A stretch of DNA of 64,000 bases from positions 640,961 through 704,960 of the forward strand of contig CAVSPA010000004.1 in assembly GCA_963729715.1 (NCBI GenBank), given 5' to 3'. This DNA comes from an uncultured delta proteobacterium. GTDB lineage: Bacteria > Desulfobacterota > Syntrophia > Syntrophales > UBA2185. The position numbers were made by a program, and so were the translations under genes. Of this stretch, positions 10,875 to 23,376 are shown one piece after another (position 1 is the stretch's first letter; each line of letters starts with the position of its first letter). The notes beneath the pieces were generated by a model. It was not told where the DNA came from. It did not search any database and saw only the letters and a list, made by a program, of their open reading frames with translations.

Positions 10875-11312
10875 ATGGAGCAGAAGAAAGGTTGTGTATT
10901 TTGTGACATCGTGGCGGGTAAGGCAGAAGCATATAGGATTTATGAAGATGAGCTTTCCATCTGCATACTGGATATCCACCCTTACACAAAGGGTCACTGC
11001 CTGGTAGTTCCAAAGCGGCATGTCCAGTGGTGGCATGAGCTCGCTGATGAAGAAAATGCAAGTCTTTTTAAGATGGCTAAGGTTGTTGCCAACCGGATGA
11101 TGAACAAATTTAATTCCGACTTCATTTTTCTCTGGGCAAGGGGCACAAGAATTCCGCATGCACATCTTTTCGTGGTGCCAAGTTACAACGGTGATGTACT
11201 CGACCAATTTTTCAACGCCCTTGAAAATTTCCAGGAATCAGCAGAGGAACTGACAAGGCTAAGAAAAGCTGAAGCGATGAAAGAAGCAGCGAGGCTTCTC
11301 AGCACTAAATAA
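10875..11312 (+). CDS. HIT family protein
   Basis: CVFC, P..KGH.LVVPKRH and IPHAHLFVVP motifs. Confidence 0.9.
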   Translation: MEQKKGCVFCDIVAGKAEAYRIYEDELSICILDIHPYTKGHCLVVPKRHVQWWHELADEENASLFKMAKVVANRMMNKFNSDFIFLWARGTRIPHAHLFVVPSYNGDVLDQFFNALENFQESAEELTRLRKAEAMKEAARLLSTK

Positions 11313-11661
11313 TTCAAACTGAATAAGTGTAGGTATGCCATAATTAAAGGTTTCTACTCGTAATCTTCATCATTCCAACCGTATTCATCTTGAGGACTTA
11401 GTGAAGCCAACAAAAAGGGTTGCCTTGCTAAGTATAAAAGAAAAACACACACTCCTTCCTGAAATATTCACGTGGTCAAATTCAAAAAGCCTACACTCTT
11501 TCCAACGATAATTGAGGTGCATTGCCAAAAAGAATCTGGTATATAAATTTAATATCGCAGATTCGCCGGGAATAATGGCGGTAGGTGGAGAATGCAAACC
11601 TTAACCCACCGTATAGGGAGAAACCGGTCCACTCAAACCAAATCCTGTCAAATTATCCAGT

Positions 11662-12366
11662 ATGGATTTTCTTATTCAGAATTTATTATTGCTTGATCAT
11701 TCACTGGCGGCAGTGTTGGCTGGTATAGCCTTTGTGGGCATATTGGCATCTTTAAGTTCATGCACAATTGTGAGGCTTCCCGTAATATGGGGATATATTA
11801 CCGCAGCGGGGAAATCAAGAAGGAGAAGCGTTCTTCTGTCTCTTTCGTTTGCATGCGGCCTCATCGCCGTTTATACCCTTCTGGGATTTGCCCTCGGGTT
11901 TGTTTCCAATTTAACCGGTAAACTTCTCAAGATAAGTCAATATCTCTATTTTATTCTTGGCATTGTGTTGCTGATCTTGGGGATTATCTTTGCGGGTCTC
12001 ATTCCCGTGAAGCAAGGCTGGTTTCATGATCGTTGCGAGACGGCCATTAAACATACGAAGACAATCCATTCGGCGTTCATATTCGGGGTGCTTTTTGCAT
12101 TTCTGGAGACGCCTGCATGTCCGGCCTGCGGGGCCGCGCTGATGATCATTGGCAGCCTAGTGATTATGAAAGGGTCGTGGCTGTATTCCAGCTTGGTATT
12201 TATCAGTTTTGCGATAGGCCAGAGTATTCCCGTTCTGGTCTTGGGGTTTTCGACCAGCATGTTTAAAAACCTGACATCAAAAACCGCGCGCATTGAAAAT
12301 GTTATGAGCTTCGTGGCGGGAAACATTTTGATTGTTCTCGGATTCATACTGATGATGCTTGCATAA
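11662..12366 (+). CDS. CcdA/DsbD-type transmembrane thiol-redox protein
   Basis: six TM segments with SSC..LP and TPACPAC cysteine motifs. Confidence 0.8.
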   Translation: MDFLIQNLLLLDHSLAAVLAGIAFVGILASLSSCTIVRLPVIWGYITAAGKSRRRSVLLSLSFACGLIAVYTLLGFALGFVSNLTGKLLKISQYLYFILGIVLLILGIIFAGLIPVKQGWFHDRCETAIKHTKTIHSAFIFGVLFAFLETPACPACGAALMIIGSLVIMKGSWLYSSLVFISFAIGQSIPVLVLGFSTSMFKNLTSKTARIENVMSFVAGNILIVLGFILMMLA

Positions 12367-12371
12367 ATGCT

Positions 12372-12995
12372 ATGGGACAAAAAACGGACTCAAAGGAATT
12401 CGCATACGAACATGGTCATAGTCATCATCGTGCATGGTCACTTGGTATACGATGGCTGTTGACCGTATTCATTGTTGCAACGCTTCTATTCTTCTTGAAA
12501 CCTTTTTTGGTGCAGCAGATGCTCTCACGGGTTTCATCATATTCTTCGTCTTATCACTTTGACGATACCATACGCATGTCCAAGAGAATTGTCGCCATTG
12601 ATAAAAAAAATATGGAAGCTTGGAATTCGGTTGGATATGCCTATAATCAGAAAGCCATGATTGATAAATCTGCCGCGGATTATGATAAGGAGCAAGACGA
12701 CATCGACAAGTCTATCAAGGCTTATGAAACGGTATTTTCTCTCGATCCAAAAGACATAAAGGTCTGCTTTGATATCGGTCTGTTGTATTTTTCGAAAAAA
12801 GAATTCGCAAAAGCTGCAGAGTATTTCGAACATGTGCGAAACATGGCGGTTGATTCGGGTGAATCTCGAGAAGCAGGCATCTTCAGCTATCGCGGCAGAT
12901 CGCTTACCATGCTTCACAGATGTTACGAGTCTCTTGGTGATACGACCAAGGCCGAGCAAGTTCAGAAAGAGCTGAAGCAATATATTATAAAGTAG
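12372..12995 (+). CDS. membrane-anchored TPR protein
   Basis: N-terminal TM and TPR-like repeats (AWNSVGYAY, FDIGLLYF). Confidence 0.75.
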   Translation: MGQKTDSKEFAYEHGHSHHRAWSLGIRWLLTVFIVATLLFFLKPFLVQQMLSRVSSYSSSYHFDDTIRMSKRIVAIDKKNMEAWNSVGYAYNQKAMIDKSAADYDKEQDDIDKSIKAYETVFSLDPKDIKVCFDIGLLYFSKKEFAKAAEYFEHVRNMAVDSGESREAGIFSYRGRSLTMLHRCYESLGDTTKAEQVQKELKQYIIK

Positions 12996-13123
12996 AACGC
13001 AGGAGTTCAGATTTATCTAACAGAAAACTGATTGTATTACGTTCAATCTGACATCAAGACACTTGGAGATTAATTAATCTATAAGCTTGGTAGCAACTGT
13101 GTTTCACGTCAAGTAGTATTTTA

Positions 13124-15645
<2,522 letters not shown>

Positions 15646-15728
15646 GTATTTATATTATTCTTATTTAACATATGCTATTAAGTTTTTATGCATCTACTAA
15701 ACGATTTTGATTATACAAGGTGGAGACA

Positions 15729-16546
15729 TCATTTGCTTCTTCCTTGTAGTCTATCAACCAGCTCCAATTGAATGAGGATATGCCTTATATCCATGGACAA
15801 ACCTGCGGCCCCTTCCCTGATACCAATGGTATTCTTTGCGAGTCTGATAAGCATCTCCGCATGGCTTTCCCTGAATTTACCCCTGCTCCTCTTCCTTATC
15901 TCTTTGCCAAGCTCTTCCTTTTTTAAACCGCCTATGATTTCAGGTGTGAGATATTTATTGAGTATATAGAGAGCTGTCTTGACCTGTATATCCTTTATCA
16001 CCCTTCTGAATTCGGGAAACAAGAGAAAGACCAGTTGCTGCAACTGATTGAGAAGGGCCGTACGTTCCCCGACATGCCTCTCCCTCGAGTTGTTCAATCT
16101 CTTCAAGTAGGCCGCATCACCTTCCGGGATCACAATGCTCAGTGAGTGCCCCAATAGTATAATATCCGCCAGTACCCGGGGATCCTTGTCATCTGTCTTC
16201 AGCGGAGAGTTGTCGTTTATCTCTTTTACCCTCTTTGTGTGCATGGGATTAACCTGGACTACCGTCACGGGCTTCTTTGACAGGTAATGGCCGATGGGTT
16301 CACCATAGGGACCTGTTGATTCGTATCCTACGATCACCTCATTGCATCTGAACCTGTTCTTATTCACAACAATCATGCTCCAGAGCCTGTCAAGCCCCGC
16401 CCTCGTATTGTCAAATCTGAAAGGCTTTATATCCCTTCCGTCTGTGGTGGTACAGTACCCTCTGTTCATCTCCAAACCGATTCTATTGTCACGATCAGCG
16501 TATCTTCCTTTACCCTTCCTATTTTCCCTGTGCATGCTTTCTTCAT
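15729..16546 (-). pseudogene. IS110 transposase fragment (frameshift near the start, 3' truncated)
   Basis: ESTGPY, VNP and KTDDKD motifs; MKKACTG start at 16546 is out of frame; no C-terminal domain. Confidence 0.85.
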
Positions 16547-16868
16547 GAATATATTCCCCCTTATTGTCTTAACTGAATAATCAATCTTGCCTCAGGGGGA
16601 TATATATATCTTTAAACTGCTTCAATCATGAACTACAATATAGCAAGCTGTTATGTTGATTTTCTGATTCGTTGCATCAATACAACATTACAAATGGTAA
16701 CAGTGAAGAAGTGGCAGAATTCTGGTCTAAAGTATAGTATTGGGTGTAGGTAATTCGTCATTTATGGGTAATTATATTGACTGATATGACTTTATTATTT
16801 AAAATCTTCAAAGATTCTCATAACGAGATTACAAGAATTCACGATTTTTATCATTAAGGGGGTGCAGT

Positions 16869-18065
16869 ATGGAAGAAGAGAAAAAGGATAAAGGGGCAAC
16901 GGAGGTAGATAGGAGGACATTTTTAAAATATAGTGCCGCTATTGGAGCTGCTGCAGCTGTGAGTGGTGTAAATTTCCAGACAGCAACAGCCATCGATGTG
17001 GGTAGAAAAGTGGCGGGCGGGAACACCCGTGTCTTGGGATGTAACCCTATGACGTCTACAGATGGGTACTGGGATAATTCCACACCCCCTGTCCTTCGCA
17101 TGAAGTCAGGTGAGGTCGTGGAAGTCGAAACAGGAACCCACTTGATGGGGAAAATGGTTCCTGGCGCAGACATCAACGACTGGATGAGGTGGTACAAGGA
17201 GGTGATAGAGAGGACTCCGGAAACCTATATCTATCCCGATCCAACCACTGCAGCGAAAAAGCTGAAAAGGGGCGCAGGCCACCACCATCTGACCGGTCCG
17301 GTCTATGTGGAAGATGCAGAGCCCGGTGATATTCTTCAGATTGAGATCTTGGACATCGTACCCAACACTTATGGATTCAACCTCTACCCTGAGACATCAT
17401 TCATGAAGCTGGGCCTTCTCGCGGACGATTTCCCAAAAGGTGAGGTCAGGTGGTATCGAATAGACCTTAAGAAGATGAAGTTTGAATTCTTACCAGGAAT
17501 AGAAATACCAATTAGACCATTCCCTGGCACTATAGGCGTTGAGTTACCTGAGCCGGGAATGTGGAGCAATGTGCCGCCTGGGAAGCACGGTGGGAACCTG
17601 GACAACAAGGATCTTGTAGCTGGAACTGTTCTTTATCTGCCTGTGTGGGTAAAGGGTGCGGGATTAAAAACGGGAGATTCGCACCTTGCCCAAGCCCATG
17701 GTGAGGTAGATTTGAATGGCCTGGAAGGAGCTTTCAGAACCATCACCATGAGACTAACAGTACGCAGGGATCTCAAGGCTCTGGTGGAATGGCCCATGGC
17801 GTCATCCCCCACTCATTGGATCACCATGGGGATGCACACAGACCTGATGGAATCCTGCAGGATGGCCGTAAGAAAGGCCATAAAGTTCTTAAATAGCTAT
17901 TACGGTCTCTCTAAGGGTGAAGCATACGCTTTCTGCAGCATGGCAGTGGATTTACACGTGACTCAGGTTGTCGATTATACCCTCGGTATCCACGCTATGA
18001 TTCCTAAGGAATATTTTGTCGGTGAGCGCTTTGCGAGCAAAAATGGCTTGCTCCTTAAGGCATAA
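16869..18065 (+). CDS. acetamidase/formamidase family protein with Tat signal
   Basis: DRRTFLK Tat motif; H.LTGPVYV, PFPGTIG, PPG.HGGNLD and GDSH..Q.HGE motifs. Confidence 0.9.
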   Translation: MEEEKKDKGATEVDRRTFLKYSAAIGAAAAVSGVNFQTATAIDVGRKVAGGNTRVLGCNPMTSTDGYWDNSTPPVLRMKSGEVVEVETGTHLMGKMVPGADINDWMRWYKEVIERTPETYIYPDPTTAAKKLKRGAGHHHLTGPVYVEDAEPGDILQIEILDIVPNTYGFNLYPETSFMKLGLLADDFPKGEVRWYRIDLKKMKFEFLPGIEIPIRPFPGTIGVELPEPGMWSNVPPGKHGGNLDNKDLVAGTVLYLPVWVKGAGLKTGDSHLAQAHGEVDLNGLEGAFRTITMRLTVRRDLKALVEWPMASSPTHWITMGMHTDLMESCRMAVRKAIKFLNSYYGLSKGEAYAFCSMAVDLHVTQVVDYTLGIHAMIPKEYFVGERFASKNGLLLKA

Positions 18066-18081
18066 GTCTCTTGCGGTTGCA

Positions 18082-18115
18082 ACATTCCGGCATGCCATTT
18101 AGAGGCATGCCGGAT
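18082..18115 (+). terminator. stem-loop downstream of the amidase
   Basis: TCCGGCATGCC...GGCATGCCGGA inverted repeat. Confidence 0.6.
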
Positions 18116-18530
18116 GTCTGCATCAGATCGGCCTATCACTCATACTCTCTCAATTCTCCTAAACGGATAAGCAATAAAGTCTGGCTTACTGAATAGATAA
18201 GCGCCTTATGAGGTTTTACCTCCTGCTCGGCAGCCTGCTTCGAATTATCAACAACATTTCTATTCAGGCACTTCTTCAAGTGCACTACCCACTGCATTCA
18301 TTGTATTTGAATTGTCTTGACACACAAGAATACCTTTCACTATATTCTGTATCCGGAAAACGGCGAATTATACGGGGTTGATTATTTTACGTGATATACA
18401 CAAGGGATGCTGCGACGGCGACGGTTCCACCCACTTCCTCCGGGTACGCGGGGAGACCTGATTTTCTGCTTCCAGATGCATTACATTATTTTCAGCTTAT
18501 CTTTTGAATTGGAAACCCTTGTTCTGCCTT

Positions 18531-19763
18531 TCAAGAAATCCACATCGCCGAAACCGGAACGGCAAACAGCTTCTTTCCGAAAGGTATGATTTGATTCCCG
18601 GTGTACAGGGTTATGCCTGCAATGAATCTGTCCCCGATATCTTTCTGCAGGACCTTTAAGCAATTAAAGTGTTTTTCGGCAGCTGTTGATGATAGTTTTA
18701 TCTCTATTCCGCAAATCCTGCCCGCGCTGTCCTCCAATACAAGGTCTATTTCCTGACCTGTGCTTGTCCGATAATGATAGAGTCTGATCCTTGACTGACA
18801 CCACGAGGCCTGTTTGCTTAACTCAGATCCGACAAAATTCTCAAACAGATTCCCGGCAAGCGTGTGATTGCTTTCCAGATGATCTGAATTCAGTCCCGTA
18901 AGAAAACAGGCGAGCCCCGTATCCGTAAAAAAAAGACGGGGCGATCTGATTACACGTTTGCTCAGGTTAGTGGTCCATGCGGGGAGCAGCTGGATCAGGA
19001 AGATCATTTCCAGCATGGACATGTACCGAACGACAGAACTGTTGGGTATGCCCACACCTCGCGATATTTCAGACTGGTCCCTGATCGCTGATACCCTTGA
19101 CGCAAGGAGTTTGAGAAGTCGGGTGATCACGGATATGTCATGGACGTTAACCAGTTCCTTGACATCCCGCTCTATGATTGTGGTCAAATACGAATCGAAC
19201 CATGCAGTTCTTCTCTTTTCCTCTTTCCTCTGGACTGGTTCCGGATAACCTCCGGCAGTAATTCTTTTCATGAGGTTTCTGATATTTTCGTCGGTGTGCC
19301 GGAAACGGGGCTTACTGCTGAAGAGGATATCAATGAAATTTTCTTTTTCCCCCTCAATCTCCCCCTGAGATAATGGCCACAGGGTTATAACTTCCATCCT
19401 CCCGGCCAGGGAGTCCGCTACCCGAGGCATAGTCAGCACGTTTGAGGAACCTGTTAGAACATATTTCCCAGGTTTACGCTCACGATCAACGTCTTCCTTG
19501 ATTGCGAGCAACAATTGAGGAACCCTTTGTACCTCATCTATAATGACGGGCTTTTCGAGACCCCGGATAAAGCCTTCGGGATCCGAACTTGCTGCGGAAA
19601 GTGTGCCGGCGCTATCAAGAGTAATATATTCAGCAGGGTGGCTGGATTTCGCAAGCTCCTTGACAAGGGTGGTTTTCCCCGTTTGCCGCGCACCCCTCAG
19701 GAAAACGATAGGTGTGTCAGATAAAGCCTCTAAGATTGTTGAGGTAATGTTTCTCGGAATCAT
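18531..19763 (-). CDS. AAA+ ATPase with DUF4143-type C-terminal PD-(D/E)xK domain
   Basis: GARQTGKTT, IDEVQ, LTGS, SLAGR, DTGL and EIDLVLE...IEIK motifs. Confidence 0.9.
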   Translation of the reverse strand: MIPRNITSTILEALSDTPIVFLRGARQTGKTTLVKELAKSSHPAEYITLDSAGTLSAASSDPEGFIRGLEKPVIIDEVQRVPQLLLAIKEDVDRERKPGKYVLTGSSNVLTMPRVADSLAGRMEVITLWPLSQGEIEGEKENFIDILFSSKPRFRHTDENIRNLMKRITAGGYPEPVQRKEEKRRTAWFDSYLTTIIERDVKELVNVHDISVITRLLKLLASRVSAIRDQSEISRGVGIPNSSVVRYMSMLEMIFLIQLLPAWTTNLSKRVIRSPRLFFTDTGLACFLTGLNSDHLESNHTLAGNLFENFVGSELSKQASWCQSRIRLYHYRTSTGQEIDLVLEDSAGRICGIEIKLSSTAAEKHFNCLKVLQKDIGDRFIAGITLYTGNQIIPFGKKLFAVPVSAMWIS

Positions 19764-19893
19764 GGTATGCAATTTTACCACATTACGGTAAAAATACAAC
19801 CAAAATCTGAAGAACAATGTCCCCTAACTCTGAATCTCGGAAAATGATGAATTCCGACAGTTATTTTTTTAAGAGAATACTGATTATCTTAAA

Positions 19894-21396
19894 AATCCAC
19901 ATGCCCGTGAGGGCACCACGAAGGCATGAAAATAAGTTGTTTGAAGCTCTTTGACATTATATCCTTTCTTCAAAAGGAAGCGGGTCGTTTTTTATTTTGG
20001 TGGTAATACCCCGTTTAAAAATCTGACCCGGGCAGATTAAAAGAACCACAAATTGTTACCCCGTCTGGGAGTACGCGTAGTAAATTTTTAATCGATAATC
20101 TGCCCCCTTTTTTAAAGAGAAAGGAGACATGATTATGGAAGCCATTATTGAGAGATGCTGCGGCATCGATGTCCACAAGAAGAACATTGTGGTGTGCCTG
20201 GCGGTAGGCAAACCCAATGAGAAACCGAGGACAACCGTTAAGACATTTTCCACCATGACCCGTGATCTTCTTGCCTGCCGTGACTGGCTGGTATCTGAAG
20301 GCTGCACCCATGCAGTCGTGGAAAGTACCGGGGTTTACTGGAAGCCGGTATTCAACATCCTGGAGGACAGCATGGAGATCATTCTGGCCAATGCCAGAGA
20401 TGTGAAAAACGTTCCCGGACGGAAGACCGACGTGAAAGATTGCGAATGGCTTGCCCAGCTCCTTCGTCACGGCCTGGTCAAGGCGAGCTTCATCCCGCCC
20501 AAGCCGATCCGGGAGTTGAGAGACCTCACTCGCTACCGTGAGAAACTTACGCAGAAGCGCTCTTCGGAGATAAACCGCATTCAGAAGTTTCTGGAGGATG
20601 CCAATATAAAGCTCTCTTCAGTTGCATCTGATATCAACGGGGTATCTGCCCGGAACATGATCCAGCACCTGATCGAGGATGACATGAGCCCGCAGGAAAT
20701 GGCTGATCTCGCCAGAGGGCGTCTCCGGAATAAGATCGAGGAACTGGAAAAATCCCTGGAAGGTTACATTACGGATCATCACCGTCTCATCTTGAGACTG
20801 ACGCTTCAGATGGTTGCCTCGTATGACGAGGCCATCGAGAAGCTGGACACAGAGATAGAGAAGAGGATGGAACCTTTCCAAGAGGAAGCTGAAAGGCTGC
20901 AGACCATTCCAGGTGTAAAAAAAAATTTACTGAACGTATCATCGCCGAGATCGGAGTAGATATGTCGCACTTTCCCTCAGATGCACACATCTCTTCCTGG
21001 GCGGGAGCCAGTCCGGGCAACAATGAAAGTGCGGGAAAACGAAGAAGCGGCAAAGTGACACAGGGGAACAAATGGCTGAAAAGCCTCCTGGTGGAGGCTG
21101 CATGGGCAGCGTCCAAAACAAAAAATACTTACTTGAGCGCCAGGTACCGCCGCCTGGCGGCAAGAAGAGGGAAGAAACGGGCAGCCGTTGCTGTCGGACA
21201 CACCATCTTAATCATGGCTTACCATGTTATCAAAGAGCATCGCACCTACAATAAACTTGGTGCTGATTATTTCGACAAATTAAATGAACAACATCTTGTC
21301 AGACGTTTAACATCAAGGATCAGTGCTTTAGGTTATGAGGTCAAAGTGGAAAAACTACCTGTAGCTGCCTGATATACGGTTTTATTTTCGTAGTAA
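19894..21396 (+). mobile_element. IS110-family element B
   Basis: subterminal IR ATGAAAATAA / TTATTTTCGT; AA(T) at both junctions; guide-like matches in 19980-20085. Confidence 0.75.
20129..21372 (+). pseudogene. IS110 transposase frameshifted at an A9 run near 20917-20925
   Basis: GIDVHK, ESTGVYW and RKTDVKD in ORF 20129..20959; IIAEIG...NNESAGK continues in another frame to 21372. Confidence 0.9.
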
Positions 21397-21732
21397 TATT
21401 TTCTTAAAAACATGAATTTTGACAGTGTTTTGTTCAATGTTTTCTATAATCACAACTTCCTGAAGCCAGCAAAATGTCAATTTCGATGATAGCGCTTGAC
21501 TTCAATCAGCTATCAATGATGTTATTATCCGGATAATAATGATATTTGTCACAAGTTATGTGAAGGTTTTGGGGCCAACAGACACATGGTTAAAATCTAT
21601 TGCCACCGGGCTATGTGGTGAAGCAGAGAAAACAGACCTCAACATAGCATCGGAGAGACCGGCTTATTTGACTCGATAGAATGCTTATAAGTTTATTAAG
21701 AGACCTAAGATGCCTTTAAAATAAATTCTCTT

Positions 21733-23367
21733 ATGAATTACGAAATAACCGATCATATTCTCTCCCATGTCCATAGAATAAGCACGCTTTTGACTGAACC
21801 ATCTTCAGTCGAAAGGGTACTAAACGTTATCATGGAAACGGTAAAGAAGGACCTTTATTTCAACAGATGCTCCGTCTATCTTATAAACAAGGAGAACAAA
21901 AAACTCGAATGTAAATACATTACAGGATTTTCTCCTGAAAAAGAGAAATTCGTAATGCAAAGACCGTTTGATATGACTAAGCACGACTGCATCGAAACTA
22001 AGGTAATCCTTTGGGGTAAACCCATTCTCGTGAAGAACTTTTACTCCGATCCGGTTGTGACGGAACTGGACAAGAGAGTTACTAACAGAATGGGGCGTGG
22101 CTGCACGCTGTATGTACCATTGAAAATTAAGGGTGATATTATAGGTATTTTGGGTGTGGACAAGAAACGCAATGAACCTGAAATCAACGAAAAGGAACTC
22201 GAATCACTTTCAATTCTCGCCAATTACGCGAGTATCATTATTGAAAATTCGAGACTTGTAGAAGCATTGTTGAATGAGAAAAAATTTTCCGAAAATGTTT
22301 TAAAGAGTTCTGTTGATGGAATCCTGACAGTGGATGTTATCGGCCGGATAACCTCAGTAAATCCGGCAGTAGAAAAAATGTTCGATATAAACAGACCGGA
22401 TGCAATGAATAAATTTATAGGGGATATTTTCGAATCTTCTGAATGGAATGAAAGAATAAGCAAAACCCTCAAACAGCATATAAATATTAAAGGGTGGGAA
22501 TATACCCTTACGAGGAGCAATAATCAGGACATCATACTTAGCACAAGCACCTCCCAAATCATGAATGAGGAAGGTGATCTTGTCGGTTTCATGTTTCTTA
22601 TTCGGGACATAACGAATGAACGCAGAAGGGATGAGTATTTGCAGAGAATGACTCGGTTGATCTCGTTGGGAGAACTTGCGGCCGGTGTGGCACATGAAAT
22701 CAGGAATCCTCTCACCGGAATCGGTGTGGTACTGGACATGCTCCGGAGTAAGAAGCGGCTATCTAAAGTTGACTGCGACTTGATAAATCAGGCCAACGAC
22801 GAAATTGAAAGGCTGGAAAAGTTAATCGCTGATCTCCTCGTCTTTGCAAAGCCTAGGCAACTTAATTATGAGCCCGTCGAGATTAATGATATCTTGAAAA
22901 GTATTTCTTCCCTGATCAGCAAACAGTGCAATAAACAGAATATTGAACTGACCGGCAAATTTTGTGATAAGCTGCCCATCGCTTATGTGGATCGAGAAAG
23001 AATAAGGCAAGGAATTCTAAACGTCGTTATAAACGCAATTCAGGCAATGCCGGAAGGCGGGCGTCTTACTGTTGAAACGAACGTTTATCGTCAGGAGAAT
23101 GCACCTGTCAAAGGTCAATGCATCATGATTACCATCAGCGATACCGGGACTGGTATATACACTGCATATAAAGATCGGATTTTCGACCCATTCTTCACCA
23201 CTCACAGTGATGGAACCGGCCTGGGACTCTCCATTACTCACAGTATCATAAAGGAACATAATGGATTGATACGGGTTGATTCTGAGGAAGGAAAGGGTAC
23301 AAAGTTTACAATCTTGCTGCCACAGGATTGCCGAAAGATCTCTTCTGAGGATTTGTGTATTTTGTAA
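21733..23367 (+). CDS. cytoplasmic GAF-PAS sensor histidine kinase
   Basis: H-box AHEIRNPL; N/D/F/G boxes (NAIQA, DTGTG, FDPFFTT, GTGLGL); no TM. Confidence 0.93.
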   Translation: MNYEITDHILSHVHRISTLLTEPSSVERVLNVIMETVKKDLYFNRCSVYLINKENKKLECKYITGFSPEKEKFVMQRPFDMTKHDCIETKVILWGKPILVKNFYSDPVVTELDKRVTNRMGRGCTLYVPLKIKGDIIGILGVDKKRNEPEINEKELESLSILANYASIIIENSRLVEALLNEKKFSENVLKSSVDGILTVDVIGRITSVNPAVEKMFDINRPDAMNKFIGDIFESSEWNERISKTLKQHINIKGWEYTLTRSNNQDIILSTSTSQIMNEEGDLVGFMFLIRDITNERRRDEYLQRMTRLISLGELAAGVAHEIRNPLTGIGVVLDMLRSKKRLSKVDCDLINQANDEIERLEKLIADLLVFAKPRQLNYEPVEINDILKSISSLISKQCNKQNIELTGKFCDKLPIAYVDRERIRQGILNVVINAIQAMPEGGRLTVETNVYRQENAPVKGQCIMITISDTGTGIYTAYKDRIFDPFFTTHSDGTGLGLSITHSIIKEHNGLIRVDSEEGKGTKFTILLPQDCRKISSEDLCIL

Positions 23368-23376
23368 TGGGGGTGA

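Noticed and set aside
11565..11630. ZTP-riboswitch-like sequence (TGGCG..GGTGG...CCACC...GGGAG)
   Set aside because: It lacks GACTG and the downstream CGCCTGGGC pseudoknot hairpin, and the next gene is unrelated to purine/folate metabolism.
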